A stretch of 64,000 nucleotides of DNA, taken from NCBI RefSeq assembly GCF_009914755.1, contig NC_060936.1. One strand, given 5' to 3'. Under the pieces are notes generated by a model. The model worked only from the letters and a program-made list of their open reading frames with translations, searched no databases and was not told where the DNA came from. This DNA is from the human T2T-CHM13v2.0 reference genome, Homo sapiens. Within the stretch, counting starts at the first letter, position 1; every line of letters begins with the position of its first letter. Positions 15,019-29,200 of this stretch are shown here, one piece after another. A program made the position numbers and the translations under genes.

Positions 15019-15945
15019 TCATCATTGCCTGGGGAGGCAGTATCTGCCAGATCCATGACTTTGGCTCAGTGAAGGTAATTTTTCAGAACAGAAACAAAGT
15101 CCTGTTTTCTGTCTCCTAGAAGACAGGACTGCAGAGCACTGGATGGTTTGTTGAAGGCGTCATAGATACTAACAATCACTTGTACTTACAGGACCAACTC
15201 TTTGTCACATTTTAAGTTTGTTTGGAAAATCAGTTAAGTACAGTTTAGTTTGGTAATTTGGTTGGATTTTTTAAAATTTGGCTAATCAAATGTTTATCAC
15301 ACTTTGGAGTGAACATAAAATAGTGACAGAAAACTTTTTCATTCGATGGATACTTATGATTAAATGGATTCTGAAAATTTCCCAGAATTACAGATATGTA
15401 AGATTATACCTACTTTGTTAACAATGAAGTAGAAATATGAATTATGGCTAAGTTCCATAAACAGACTCAACATACTTGAATGAATAAAAGAGCAGTTTCC
15501 TGGTTCTGTTGTTTAATTGTATACTTTTATTTGACTCTCAAAACATGAAAAAAATCACATTTTTAAATAACCCTCATCAAGCTTTGATTCAAAATTTTAA
15601 CTCATATATTTTATGATTGAGAATAAGCTAGTTTTTAACTTACTTTCCATATATATCTCTTACATTATAAATGCTAAAAGAATTAAGTTACCATAATTTT
15701 TGCATGTCTATATTATCAAACTGAACACAGCTTTATTTCTGTTTACTAGAATGTTCTTAATTTTGTAGCATCTTGTTATCTATCATTCATTTATAATCTC
15801 CCCTTTTATTATTCTGACATTTGTCAAGTGTTTTACATGTTTGAGGCCCTTAATCTTGGTCACCTTTAAATACTTAGAGATTAGTCATCATTAGCGCATG
15901 CTCCCTCTGCCTTGGAATTTTTTTCTTCAATAAAAGCAGGAATGT

Positions 15946-16150
15946 CATCTTGGCCAACATGGTGAAACCCCGTCTCTACTAAAAATACAACAACAATTAG
16001 CTGGCCATGGTGGCGTGCACCTGTAGTCCCAGCTACTCGGGAGGCTGAGGCAGGAGAATTGCTTGAACCCGGGAGGCAGAGGTGGCAGCTGAGATTGTGC
16101 CACTGCACTCCAGCCTAGCGACAGGGACTCCATCTCAAAAAAATAAAAAA
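15946..16150 (+). mobile_element. 5'-truncated AluS
   Basis: Starts in the middle of the left arm. Flanking repeat caggaatgt. Confidence 0.88.
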
Positions 16151-16461
16151 CAGGAATGTTGCTGAAGGAGGTTGTAGTGGACATTACTCCTTGGATATTA
16201 TTCCTAAAGGAAGCATCGTGGAATCATAGGATTCTTAATTTACTAAGAATCATCCCAAAGCCATTTTTAAACAAAACTTTTTGCTCAATGAGAACTCTGG
16301 GAGTTACAACTAGTAGATTGTAATAGAATTAATGCAACAACCGTAGAATACATATTTTAGTGGCAGTGCTTGTTAAGAGGGGAAACTGTGACTCCATGAG
16401 CTCCTCCTGGATGGATCATACATCTCCATCTCCATCTGGCCCCAGGTTTTCTCCCTGGGTG

Positions 16462-16765
16462 TTTTTTTTTTTTTTTTTTTGAGACTGAATCTCGCCCATT
16501 CGCACAGGCCAGAGCGCAGTGGCGGGATCTCGGCTCACTGCAACCTCTGCCTCCTGGGTTCAAGCAATTCTGCCTGAGCCTCCCTCCCGAGTAGCTGGGA
16601 TTACAGGCATGCACCACTACCCCCACCTAATTTTTGTATTTTTTAGTAGAGACAGGGGTTTTGCCATGGTGGCCAGGCTGGTCTCAAACTCCTGACCTCA
16701 GGTGATCCGCCTGTCTTGGCCTCCCAAGGTGCTGGGATTACAGGCATGATCCACTGCATCCAGCC
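16462..16765 (-). mobile_element. AluS-like
   Basis: Full antisense Alu. Flanking repeat tctccct. Confidence 0.92.
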
Positions 16766-17849
16766 TCTCCCTATGATCTTGAAGTGACTGCATCTCTTTT
16801 TATGATCAGGATGCTATAACATTGAACATGCCCATGTGTATACACAACACATGGGTAGACACTGTTGGCAGAGATGACCAAATATGAAGAATTCACAGTA
16901 TTTTTTGTTCCTGGCCTCATCAAACACTGCCACAGTAATCATTTAAGATTCTGGTGCTTTCCTGGTGTTCTAAACCACATTTACGTATGGCAGTGCAGGT
17001 AATTTATTTTCATATCCGTCTGTTTGTCATTGCATTGGTACCTTGGAAAGGTTAGTGTTTTCCATTTATTTGATTGTTACTACTGTTAATCATTACAAAA
17101 TCTTATTATTGCTGCTCATATATAGATCAGGACAAGCAAATTTGATTTCTAGCTTTCTAATGTGGTAAAAAAAATCATAGAGGAAACTTCATATGCAAAT
17201 TTAAGTAACTGACAGAGAATATATATGGACACAAACTCTTGCTATTATAATCATATTGTGACCTCAGCCACCCTTTGTATAGCCCAAGTAATGACTGTTT
17301 GATATTTATTATAAAGCATATTAAATTCCTTGATTAACTGAACCTTTCATTCCTCTTTTTTGTTTCATGCAGCAGTGAAAATAGATTGTTCTATTATCAT
17401 CCTTGCCAGGAAATTTATAAAATGTATAAAATTATTCATAAATGTATTTTAAACTGAAGATATATTAATGTATTATTGGGTGTACTGAGCAGAAAACATT
17501 TCTTTTCACATTTGAATGGCAGGCACATGATTATACATTCACTTCCTACTGAATATTAATCATCAATTCCATGTGGCTGGTGGATAAAGCTCTGAGAGGC
17601 AGCCAGGAGATGCAAATTCTTGCCCTCATCATGGACTTTTAATGTGATTTTGTTTAATGTTTAAAATCAACTGAGAGACCTTTGAATTAAAAAAAAAAAT
17701 CATTCTTTCCAAGAAGTCTAGGGGCAGTATGGGCTCAGGATTGGGTTATTATAACTTCTATTGCTCTCTTGGCGTGCCTGCTTCGTCTGTTCAACTTGAA
17801 ACACTGTTTTAATTCAAGCTCTAACCTTGGTTGGCTTCTGTTCTCACAT

Positions 17850-18460
17850 TTCTTGCATGTTTTCTGAGGGCAGTCTCATTCACACTTGCAGTTTCAGATC
17901 TGTTCCTAGAGCTTCAGAGCCCCATCCAGGCCATCTCCACCAGGGTGCACCCCTCTGCCCAGCCTAATCTCCTTGCTCATTGTTAACCCCAGTCTGCCCG
18001 TCCTGGGGCCACCCCAGTCTGATGTGCCACAGACTCTTCAGCACTCAGCATAGAGTAGGCACTTGGAATGGTTTCGGTGATTTAGTTCACAGTTGAACTT
18101 GTTATTTCCTCCCCCACACCACAAGTTGCATCCCTTCTGTGTGCTCTCTGTGAATGGCATCCCCATTTCACCCACTCTCCCTGACTTCCCCTTTTTCCTC
18201 TACCACTCTGCTTCGTCTTTTTGCTCGATGTCCTTTAAATTCTGCCTTCCATGTTTCCTGAGGCAGTTCCCTGCCCTCCCCACCACACATCACTGCCTTG
18301 GTTCTAGGCTCTTGTGTCTCACCTGGACTGTGGCCATCTCTCTTAGTTTGTGTTTCAGCCTTCCAATCTCGTCTCCTCAAATCTGTCTTCCTTCATACTG
18401 TTGCCAAATTTATCTGTCCAAAGCATATATCTGAACATGCCACCCTCCTAAACTTACAAG
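17850..18460 (+). mobile_element. Degraded L2 fragments
   Basis: Pyrimidine-rich L2-like tracts (tctcacctggactgtggc..., aaagcatatatctgaacatgccaccctcctaaa). Confidence 0.55.
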
Positions 18461-19909
18461 TCTTCAATGAAGAAAACTGCAAACTTTGCGAAGATTATAA
18501 AAAGATTGAAATGAAAGCCAGGAGTTTTATGTGCTCTCTATATGGGAAAACAATATAGTAATGGGTTTGGTTTTTTTTCCAGGTTTATTTTTAGGTTTAT
18601 CACAATGCTTATCAAATTCCCAAAGCGATTTTTCTGAGAAAATTGGAAAAAGTAATTCACTTATAAATTAAACACATGAGAATAAAGAAAAAAAATGAAG
18701 TATTTGAAGAAAACTTGGTTTGGAATCTCTCAGCTCTGCTATTAAATACATATTAATCAGTCGTGTGGTGTTGGACACCCTTCCCCCAACTTTGTCCTCC
18801 TAAAAATGAATTACAGTGAATAATTGTGAATTACTAAGAATTATTTTGAGGATAATGCATGTAGTGTATTCAGTATAGTGCCTGCTGCTAGTAAATACTT
18901 AATTTTAGCAAAATCAAAGTAGAATACAAACCACAGTTACATACACATGCATACTTATTAACATAACACATAAGGATGAGAGAATAGTAATAATGTTGCC
19001 TCTATATGATGGAGTTGTGAGTTTGTCGTCTTCTTGCCTTTTCTCCATTTTTTTACAATAATCATGTTACTTTTCTAAGTAGAAAAGGGAGAAAAAATCT
19101 TTCAGTGATTTTTCACCTCTGGGATATGTCCACGTTCCCTACCTCATTTGGTGCCCTCTATCCTCATACTCCTCTTTACTTCTCTCTCCTCACCTCTTAC
19201 ATGTGCCTTCTGCCTCCCTATTTAGTCACCACGAATCCTGAATTACTGCCTTCCCTGTACACTGTGATTCTGCTGCATGCCTTGCTGTCCCCCTGCCAAT
19301 AATGTCCCCACCTCCACACACCAATTTTGTCTAGTTTATTGCCACTCCTCCCCTAAGATTTTGCTTAAAAATCACTCATCAGGTTTGAGCATTAGGACAC
19401 TTGTATTAAAATTAACTGATTGTGTGTTTGTTTCCCCCAAAGGAATGTTTTCCTCCAGAATAGAGACTGTAAACTACGAGCTGGAAATAAAAGATTGTTA
19501 AGTTATAGTCCATGCCCTCAGGTTGCTGACAGTCTGATAGAGAAAGGGATGTGACTGCATGAAAGTAATAAATATTGTAGGATCTCTGATTCAAGTATCT
19601 TCAGAAAATGGTGGGACAGGAAGAGGGGAGTAATTTGCCCTTCTTGGGGAAGGGGTGGATTAGGGTGATGGGTTCATAAAGTTTCCATTATTTTCATTTA
19701 AGAGGTGATGCTTGAACTGCAGAATAGATGTTTCCTGGGCAGAGAACATGGGGACAAGTGTTACAGGCAGAAGCTTTACATGGAACAAAGGCAGGATGTT
19801 GGAGGACAGTCCAGCATTCAGAATGGTGAAGCATTAAGTTTGAGGTGGTGTCCCCATGGTGCTTGGCACATAGTACAAGCTCAAGGATTTTGAACTAAAC
19901 AGTATGCTT

Positions 19910-20072
19910 TTTCCTGGTTTCTGTGTATAGGGTTTAGGGGTTTGTGTATCCCTAGAAGTTGTATGTAATATTTTGCATTTATGTGCTTTTGAAAATTTTT
20001 CAGGGGAGCGAGTCATTGGATTTCACTAGATTCTCTCAGAGGATTTCATGAACTATAAAAGGTTAAGAACCA
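19910..20072. mobile_element. Short hAT-Charlie relic (Charlie4z-like)
   Basis: Ends tagattctctcagaggatttcatgaactataaaaggttaagaaccac. Similar to the copy at about 5030-5215. Confidence 0.6.
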
Positions 20073-21404
20073 CGATTTTAACAGTACACCCTAGAAATGG
20101 ATAAGGTGAGATGTAGAGGATAGAAACTGATGTGAAGACAAATACCTCCAGCTGCAATTGGCAGGGATGCCCCTGGGCATTCACAGGGCAGGTACTCACC
20201 TGCTGGAGCCACGGAGGGCCTGGTTGCAGTGGGTACTTCTGATAATGGCTCTGCACACGCTTTTCCACCTCCTTTCAGCAAACAGGCTTATTCCTGCCTC
20301 TTTATTTGCTCCAACTAAGCCATTATAGTATGCCTTCTCTGATAGTCAAAGCAACTCTCCAGGGCAGGAAACATGATGGGGTTGAAAGACTGGAGAGAGA
20401 ATGGAAACACCATATGTTCTATTCTGAAAATAAAGTAAGAGATAAATATGTGAGGAGAACAGGAAAGCATGTACAGCAACCAAAGCAATTCAGTGGCAAT
20501 GGCATTAAATAGACTGCGTTAAAAGGCTGCAACAGCACTAGCCTCCCACAGGCACTGTAGGTCAGCTCATTCATTCCTCCATGGCGAGTAAAGAGATGTG
20601 GGAATTATCCAACTCCTCGAATCCTGCCCAGGCAGATTCAGTGTCCTTCTTTGCCCTCTGTGCAGCTGTAATAACCTTGTATATACTTTTGTTCTAGAAC
20701 ATACTGCACTGTGGCAGAATTGTTGATAATTCTTTTCTTCCATAAGGAAAAAATGGCTGATTTTTGAAAGCCGAGCACTTAGCGCTGGGCTCAGTACATG
20801 TTTACTGAAAGAAAAAGGTTGAGTTTTATAGCCCAAAGGTAGTGAAGTCAGTTTGTACAGTTCAGCCTGTACAAAGGTAACCTTAAACAGCTGAAGATTT
20901 CCATTATCCTTGCTTTGTCAGCTTCTTTCCTCCTTTGCCCAGTGAGGCACTCAAGTAAGAGCTAATCAAGGAAGGAAGCAGGCAGATCTTTTGCAAAGAT
21001 AGGGGCTGCTCTTTTGAAGGGAGGGATTTGGTGCAGTGTTGAATCTGATGCAATCTCAGACTCGATCAGCTTGCTAAACAATGTTGGCAATTGCAAGGCA
21101 AAGCAAAGGACAAAGGTTATGGGAGCAAATAGGAGGGCACTGTGGGTCACACTTGGATTTGTTTCAGGGGCACTGCACACCCTCATCAGTCAGAATCAAG
21201 TAACCTCCCAAAGCATAATAATGTGTTGCATTTTTCAGAGCTCTCTGGGATGCATGAATTAGGTGCTAGTCTTATGCTATCACAAGTCCTGCTCAGAGGG
21301 ATTCAGAGGCCATCCAGTTAACAGAATGTAGGGAGAGCTTGAAGAGAGGATTGAGAGGAACCACTGATACGTTTAAAGGAATGAAAGATTTTATCATTTG
21401 TATT

Positions 21405-21760
21405 GAGTTTTTAGTTTTATTTTTATTTTTATTTATTTTTTTTTAAGAGACGGGGTTTCTTGCTCTGTCACCCAGGCTGGAGTGCAGTGGCGCCATCTTG
21501 GCTCACCACAGCCTCAAACTGTTGGGCTCAAGCAATCCTCTTGCTTCTGCTTCTTGAGTAACGAGGACTGCAAGCATGTGCCACCGCAACCGGCTGTTTT
21601 TTTTGTTTGTTTGTTTGTTTTGTTTTGTTTTGTTTTTTTGGTAGAGATATGGGGGTCTTGCTGTGTTGCCCAGGCTGGTCTTGAAATCCTGGCCTTAAGT
21701 GATCCCCCAGCCTTGGCCTCCCCAAATGTTACGTTTACAGGCATGAGCCACCATGCCAGG
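21405..21760 (-). mobile_element. AluJ-like with expanded (gttt)n linker
   Basis: Diverged antisense Alu dimer. Confidence 0.88.
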
Positions 21761-22729
21761 TGTGAATGAAAGGTTTGAAGAGAAACCTAAGGGTGATATC
21801 AGGATTCCAGGCATGTGAAGGACACAGAGAATATTTTCCAGTTATTGAGGAACAAAGAATAGGAAAATTGGTTTGCATTTTATGAGGGCTTCTGAGGAGT
21901 GAAACTCGAAAAGGATTCAGAACCTCTTCCCATTCTCCTATGATGTTAACTGTATTAGTTCTAGGTAGAGGGCCGTTTTTAGTATTTCACTTGCTATCCT
22001 GGATTGGACACTTGATCTAAAGAGGGGAAAGGAAGGAAATTAATGATATTGATTGGACAACTGCTGTTAGCACGCTCAGGGTTTCCTCCAGCTCTGATTT
22101 GCAAACATCATCTTGTTTACCCAAGAGGGAAGCATTTTTATCCCCATTTATTTGTGGGACAACTGAGGCCAGGAACACTCACAGTTGTATGCATGATAAG
22201 TGGCAGTCCTGGCTCTGTTACTTCAGTCCTGAGTTTGTGTAACTCCAAAGGACTTGCTTCTAATTTATTTGTAAATGTATCAAGTTTAGTGTTTATTGAG
22301 GCCATTTGGATGTCTCAGTCTCTTTGAGGTGTTGCAGACTGGCTCATCACAGGTTCTGAAAGTCTTTCACCTCTGAGAACAACTGTGCATTTGATCCAGT
22401 TGGTCACTTGTGTGTCTAAAACAACCATCAGTTGCTGCTTCTCAGCCTGAGCAAAGCATACTTACGGTGCATCACATCTGAAAGGCATACTTTCTGGCAG
22501 AGCAAAAGCTAAATAATACATTTCAATTTTAAAAGGTACCGTTTTCACTTAAATGGCATGTTTTATGGACTATACAGTGAAGGCAAGCACAAATGATATG
22601 CAGTATACAAGTATAATACATCAAGGATCATAGCAAGGTAAATGATTTTGATCCACGTTTAACCTGCTGATAAGGAAACCTTTCTATCCATGCTGCTTGA
22701 TGTCTTTTTCCAATTATACATATTATATG

Positions 22730-23060
22730 TGAGCCATTGTAGAAATTTTGGGAAATACAGAAAACTGCAAATAAAACAAAAATCACCCCAACACTACCCC
22801 TCAAAGATAAACCACCATGAATATTTTAGTATGCTGCTTTCCCGCCTTTTAAAAAAATGCAAATGTAGTTTTATATGGTTTAGACCTATGGTATCCTGCC
22901 TTTTCACTTAACTTGCCTCATAAGCACTCTCTGTTTATCTCTTTTATTGGGTTAAAGTATACATAACATAAAATTAACCATTTTAACCATTTTTAAGTGT
23001 ACAATTCAGTGGCATTAAGTATATTCAGTGTTGTGCAATCACCACCACTATCCATTTCCA
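22730..23060 (-). mobile_element. Old L1M 3'-end fragments
   Basis: aagtgtacaattcagtggcattaagtatattcagtgttgtgcaatcaccacc is typical of an antisense L1MB/ME 3' end. Confidence 0.65.
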
Positions 23061-23064
23061 GAGC

Positions 23065-23365
23065 TTTTTTTTTTTTCTTTTTTGAGACGGAGTTTCGCTC
23101 TTGTTGCCCAGGCTGGAGTGCAATGGCGCGATCTCTGGCTCACCGCAATCTCCGCCTCCTGGCTTCAAGCAATTCTCTTGCCTCAGCCTCCCGAGCAGCT
23201 GGGATTACAGGTGTGTGCCACCACACCTGGCTAATTTTGTATTTTTAGTAGAGACAGGGTTTCTCCATGTTGGTCAGGGTGGTCTCAAACTCCCAACCTC
23301 AGGTGATCTGCCCGGCTCGGCCTCCCAGAGTGCTGGGATTACAGGCGTGAGCCACTGCGCCCGGC
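23065..23365 (-). mobile_element. AluSp-like
   Basis: tttcgctcttgttgcccagg and gtttctccatgttggtcagg. TSD tttccagagctttt (23055-23068 and 23366-23379). Confidence 0.92.
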
Positions 23366-23859
23366 TTTCCAGAGCTTTTCATCATCAGCACTCCCTATAT
23401 TTAAGAAGGCTTCACAAACCACATTTAATGGCTGAATAACATTCCATCACATAAAATTTACTTAAAGGTGTTTTCCAGAAGACATTCAACAGATATTTAG
23501 TTTGTGCTTATTATAAACTATACTTTGTGGCGAAAGTAGTGAACAAAACATGGCTTTTGTCCTTCAGGACCTGTTGGAGGAAATGGCCAATTAGTAGGCA
23601 GGTTGAGTCCTGTAGAGGGGCAAGTACATGGTCTATGGGATCATGTAGGAGGGGAACTTAACTTGAGGTATAATTTGCATAATCATTCCTTGATTGTTGC
23701 AGATCTAGCATGCATCAGATTTTTTTGCTGTTATAAATAATATTGAGAGAGATTTGTAGGTATAAATATTTGTCTATATTTCACATTATTTTGTGAAGTT
23801 CTTGAGAAGTGAAATTACTGGGGCACGCATTCTAACAGGGGCCGGTACAAGATGTTCTA

Positions 23860-24155
23860 TTTTTTATCTTGAGAGACAGAGTCTTTCTCTGTCACCCAGG
23901 CTGGAGTACAGTGGTGCGATCACTGCAACTTTGAATTCCTGGGCTCAAGTGATTCTCTCACCTCAGCCTCCTGAATAGCTGGGACTACAACCATCATGCC
24001 TGGCCTGGCCTTTTTTTTTTTTTTTTTTTTTTTTCCTGGAGAGATGGGATCTCATTTTGTTGCCTGGGTTGGTCTTAAACTCCTGGCCTCAAGCATTCTT
24101 CTCACCTTGGCCTTCTAAAATGCTGGGATCACAGTTGTGAGCTGCCCTGCCTGTC
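23860..24155 (-). mobile_element. AluJ-like with a long T linker
   Basis: Diverged antisense Alu. Confidence 0.85.
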
Positions 24156-26099
24156 CTAAAATGTCCTTTTAGGACACTAATAATTGTTACCTACTGTGCT
24201 ATTCTCAAGGTTAGGAGCTGCACCAAGGATTTCCATTGCCTGTTTCACCTTAAACCTCTCCTAACTTTTTATAGATGTGTGTACAACTTGCCTCTGGCAG
24301 GATTACATGAAGAATGGGGGCTGAGAAGTGAGTGTATCCAACTGGGAAGAGCCAAGGAGGGTCAGAGGCAAAGGGATTGTGGCTGAGGCTGAGGTTATGT
24401 GGCAGGTAACATGCACACCATCCAGGTGTTTGTACTCATTTCAGAGGCCTTGGTTTGACAAATGCTTTAGGGCTGTGTTCACTGTGCGTGCTGACAGCTT
24501 GGCTCCCTTCTGTGAAATTTCATTCTTGTGAACTTCAAGTCACTGAAATAAAAGTAGCCTATTTTTTCCCCTTTAAACGTATCTGTTCATCGTCTAAACA
24601 AACTCCCAGTCTGTTATCAGAGCTGGAGGAGACCTTTGGATATCATATCATCTTCCCTGTTCAAACTAAACCTAAAGATTCTAAGACTTAGAAAAGTTAA
24701 GGAACATTCGGAAGGAAACCGAGGAAACCAGCTTGGTGGGTGTAATGAGGGGTTATAGCTCATATCTCTTGATTTAGCTGCTGGTCACCCCATTACCTGC
24801 TGCATGTTGTCTTCAGGCTTTATTCTCTCCTTAAAGGAATTTTTTCTTCTTCCCACATCTTGATTCCTGATTTTGTGCTCTGCTCTTTCCTTCTAAGATG
24901 TGTTATTCGAGTGTTGAATACATGTATGTCTTGGCTAATGCCTGTCAACTGGAAATTATGCTGATAAGTTTGCATTCCTTATCCTACTCTGTCCTTGGCC
25001 TACTAATTGGTTTGACAGTTGATTGTTCTCTTCATCTTGGCCTCTTTGTTTCTTGGAAAGTTTCTGTTGACTCTGGTAAAAGTAATCAGTTATGTCTTAT
25101 TTAGTCCCTTTGGATAATTTTTTGGGGGGTTGGCTTTTATTAATTTTAAGAAGTAATACACCCACCATTGATATAGTAAGTGTGGCAACCTGTCATGGAC
25201 CAAAGAGTAAAGTTTTAAAATAGATGATTAATATTGAGAGTAGGAATAGCACAGACATCTGAAACATTAATTTTACCAATGGTTAGTTGGTGAAACCTGA
25301 CTGTGGATACATACATATTTATGTAAATACAAAAAATTTTTTGTGGTACAGTAAATCTTGCTTCTAAGATCAAATATACAAAAAAAGTTAGCATTGTTTT
25401 GTATTAGACAAAGTGCTATTATCTTCAGTTGAACTTCATATCTGTATCATGACACTAAATATAAGACCTTGGGTCCCTGATAATAAGAATTAGAGAAAGG
25501 AACGTACAAAGCCAACACACCAAATTTGGTCTGAGGCTGTGAGCTCCAATATCAAGTGGTAATTGTGCAGTTGGAAAAATCCTGTAGCTTATATTCTCAA
25601 CAATTTCTGATCATCAGAGTTTCAGAAACAATTCAGAGTTATCAGGCTCTGTCATTTATGAGTGAAAGGAGCAATTCCTCATTGACTGTAAGTCTTTTAT
25701 GTTGGCAATTCCATTCTTAAATTAAGGCATTGGCATTTTCATTATGAAAATGGTTTTCCTGGATTTATAGCTGAGTCCATTAATTTTGTGTTTCAAAACT
25801 GATTGGCATTAATCTGTATAGTGACTTTTATATAAAAGCAACGTAAAGTTGATTTTGTAGTCTCGATTTTAAAGATCATTTCAGACATCTATTCCTCCCG
25901 TGTTGGATCTACTGTATTGAAATACGAAGTTATGGAGAACTAAGGAATAAATATAGCACACTCCATTTCCAAAAAGACAGATGGCCTTACCATTCTGTGT
26001 AAGGGACTTGAGGAGACCCTGAAGTGACCTATATACCCTGGCTCCACACCTCACATTTGTTCTTGCTCATTTTCTTCTATATCTTGCAGTGTGGAATGA

Positions 26100-26830
26100 T
26101 AATAATAAATGATAATGATAGCAGTTATGTCTTGAGTGCTTACTGTCAGACCTCGTGTTATGTACCTTACCATCCTTATTCCATTTAATATTCACAGCAG
26201 CCCTATGAACAGAGGTAGTATGATGCCTATTTTACAGATTAGGAAGCTGAGACTTTACCCAGCTGATCATCCAGTTAACCTTCCCGATTCTTGTCATTTC
26301 TCTACCACCTCCAGTCCATTCTGCACATCACTGCTGGCCCCATCATGTGCTTTTCTCCTTCAGAAACACCTTCGTAGACTCTATACTGTGTAGGGATAAA
26401 GCGCAAACCTCAGTGTACCTGCAGGTTGGCTCCAACTTTTTAAATCTTATGTCCTGCAACTTCCTTACAAAAATCCTGCAGTATAGACCTACCCTAACAT
26501 GAGCATGCTGTGTGTTCACCTGTTTCCCTGCCCCAGCTGGCAGATGCCTACTATTTGCCAGGCACTGTTAGGATCTTAGGGACACAGTTCTTGCCTTCAG
26601 AACAATATACTCAAGGATAAGGCAGACCTGAACATAAATCACTTCTCCTTAGCTTTTATTTCTAATCCCAGATTGGCTTAGACCGTATATCCTTGGTGAA
26701 ACTTCCCCTGGCCATTCAAGGCAAAAGTGATTCCACCTTCCTCTGAATGTCTGTAGCCTGAACTGCCTGTACCACATATTTATCTTTGGGTTGTGATCTT
26801 TTCAGTTGTCTGCATCTTAACCCACTTACA
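26100..26830. mobile_element. MIR (about 26100-26255) followed by L2 fragments
   Basis: atgcctattttacagattaggaagctgagac (MIR) and tagggataaagcgcaaacctcag (L2-like). Confidence 0.6.
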
Positions 26831-27242
26831 AATCTTTGCAAGTTAAAGACTATAGGTTTATAGGTTAAGCCTTTATAGCTTAAAGATTCTATAGGCAAAG
26901 TCTGTGGTTCTATGTCATTGATCTCTAAACTCCAGTTTTTAAAAATATTAATAAATTTGTAAAAATCTATAAGATTTTATAAAGAAATTTTAGCCCTGGA
27001 TTACCATACTTTTAAAAATATATTGCATTGTGGTCTGAGACCGTATGTATTAAAGTATAAAAGATTAGGTTGGCACATAAATATGGCATATCATTTGTTT
27101 TTCCATACTTGTTTTAAACATTGGTGCCAAGTCTTTTTTTAAAAAATTGAATTAATATTACTGTGACACTTTCCCTTTTCTTAGTTATCAGCCTTTTGAC
27201 TATAAGCCAAGCTTTTAAAAGTCACTAATAAAATATATGAGG

Positions 27243-27447
27243 CTTAGCCTGGTAATATAGTGAGACCTCATCTCTACAAAAACGTTAAAAAATTAGCTGA
27301 GCGTGGTAGCATGCACTTGTAGTTCGAGCTACTTGAAAGGCTGAGGCAGGAGGATTGCTTGATCCCAGGAAGTGGAGGTTGCCGTGAGCCAAGATTGTGC
27401 CACTGCCCTCCAGCCTGGGTGACAGAACAAGACCCTGTCTCAAAAAA

Positions 27448-27450
<3 letters not shown>
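27243..27450 (+). mobile_element. 5'-truncated AluJ-like
   Basis: Partial left arm plus right arm. Confidence 0.85.

Positions 27451-27486
<36 letters not shown>
27451..27486 (+). repeat. (GT)18 microsatellite at the Alu tail
   Basis: Counted directly. Confidence 0.95.
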
Positions 27487-27489
<3 letters not shown>

Positions 27490-27734
27490 ATATGGCTCTA
27501 GTTCTTTGAGTTATGGGGTTTGTTAAAAATGACGAAGTGGGAAACCCATTCAGGTCCCAGCTTGAGCCACTTAACAGGGTGAACATGATTTAGTCAGTAA
27601 CTCCTGTTTCTTCACAAAGCAGATGAGGCCATCAGCATCACGGTGGACATAGTGGGCTTTTCACCTGTTGAAGACTCTTGTGGGTGACTGTATCCATGTT
27701 GTGCTATTTGAATTGAATCATCCATCTATTTATC

Positions 27735-28128
27735 TGTTATATTAGTTTGCTGGGGCTGCCATGACAGAATACTTTAGACTGGGTTGTTAAACAACAGACA
27801 CTTATTTTCTCACAGTTCTGGAGGCTAGGAAGTCCAAGGTCAAGGTGTCAATACATTTGGTTTCTCCTGAGGCTTGCTAACGACCACCTTTTCTGTGCCC
27901 TCACATGGTCTTTCCTCTGTGGGCATGCACTCTGGTATCTTTCTGTGTCCAAATTTCTTCCTCTTTTAAGGACACCAGTCTGATTGGATTAGGGCACACT
28001 CTCACACTCTCATTTTCAACTTAATCACCTCTTTAAAGACCCTGTCTTTTCCAAATCCAGTCACATTTTGAGGTACTTTGGGTTAGGGCTTCCACATCTG
28101 ATTTTTGGGGAGTTATGATTCCATAACA
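27735..28128 (-). mobile_element. MaLR solo LTR (MLT1B/C-like)
   Basis: tattagtttgctggggctgccatgacag...aaggacaccagtctgattggattaggg...ccataaca. Confidence 0.82.
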
Positions 28129-28150
28129 TCTATTTAAAATAGCACTTACT

Positions 28151-28441
<291 letters not shown>

Positions 28442-28880
28442 ATAGCACTTACTTGTTGTAAATTATGTATGAAGAGGCTAGCATAAAGAAGAAACCGGAA
28501 ATAGCCCTCCACTTATTTAGTGCCTATTATTAAAAGGGGAAGGGTACAGGTATATGAAAAGATAAGTCAAAACTGTATTGAAGGGTATAAAAGAAAAATA
28601 ACTCTCTCTCCCAACCCTCTCCTATTTTAGGAAACTTCTTTAAAATCATTTACACAAATGTTTAAAAAGGCCAGGTGCATTTTTTAATGTATTAGTGTGT
28701 CATAGAGAGTACAGATATCTCTATATCTGCACACAGATTAGGCTTTTAAATAACTACATAGTATTCCATTGTGTATGTACTATAATTTACCTAATCACCT
28801 ATTAACAGGCGTGTAGATTGTTTCCAGTTCCCCCACTACTCCATTACAAACAGTAGTGCTGGATTCCTTTTACAAACCCA

Positions 28881-29200
<320 letters not shown>

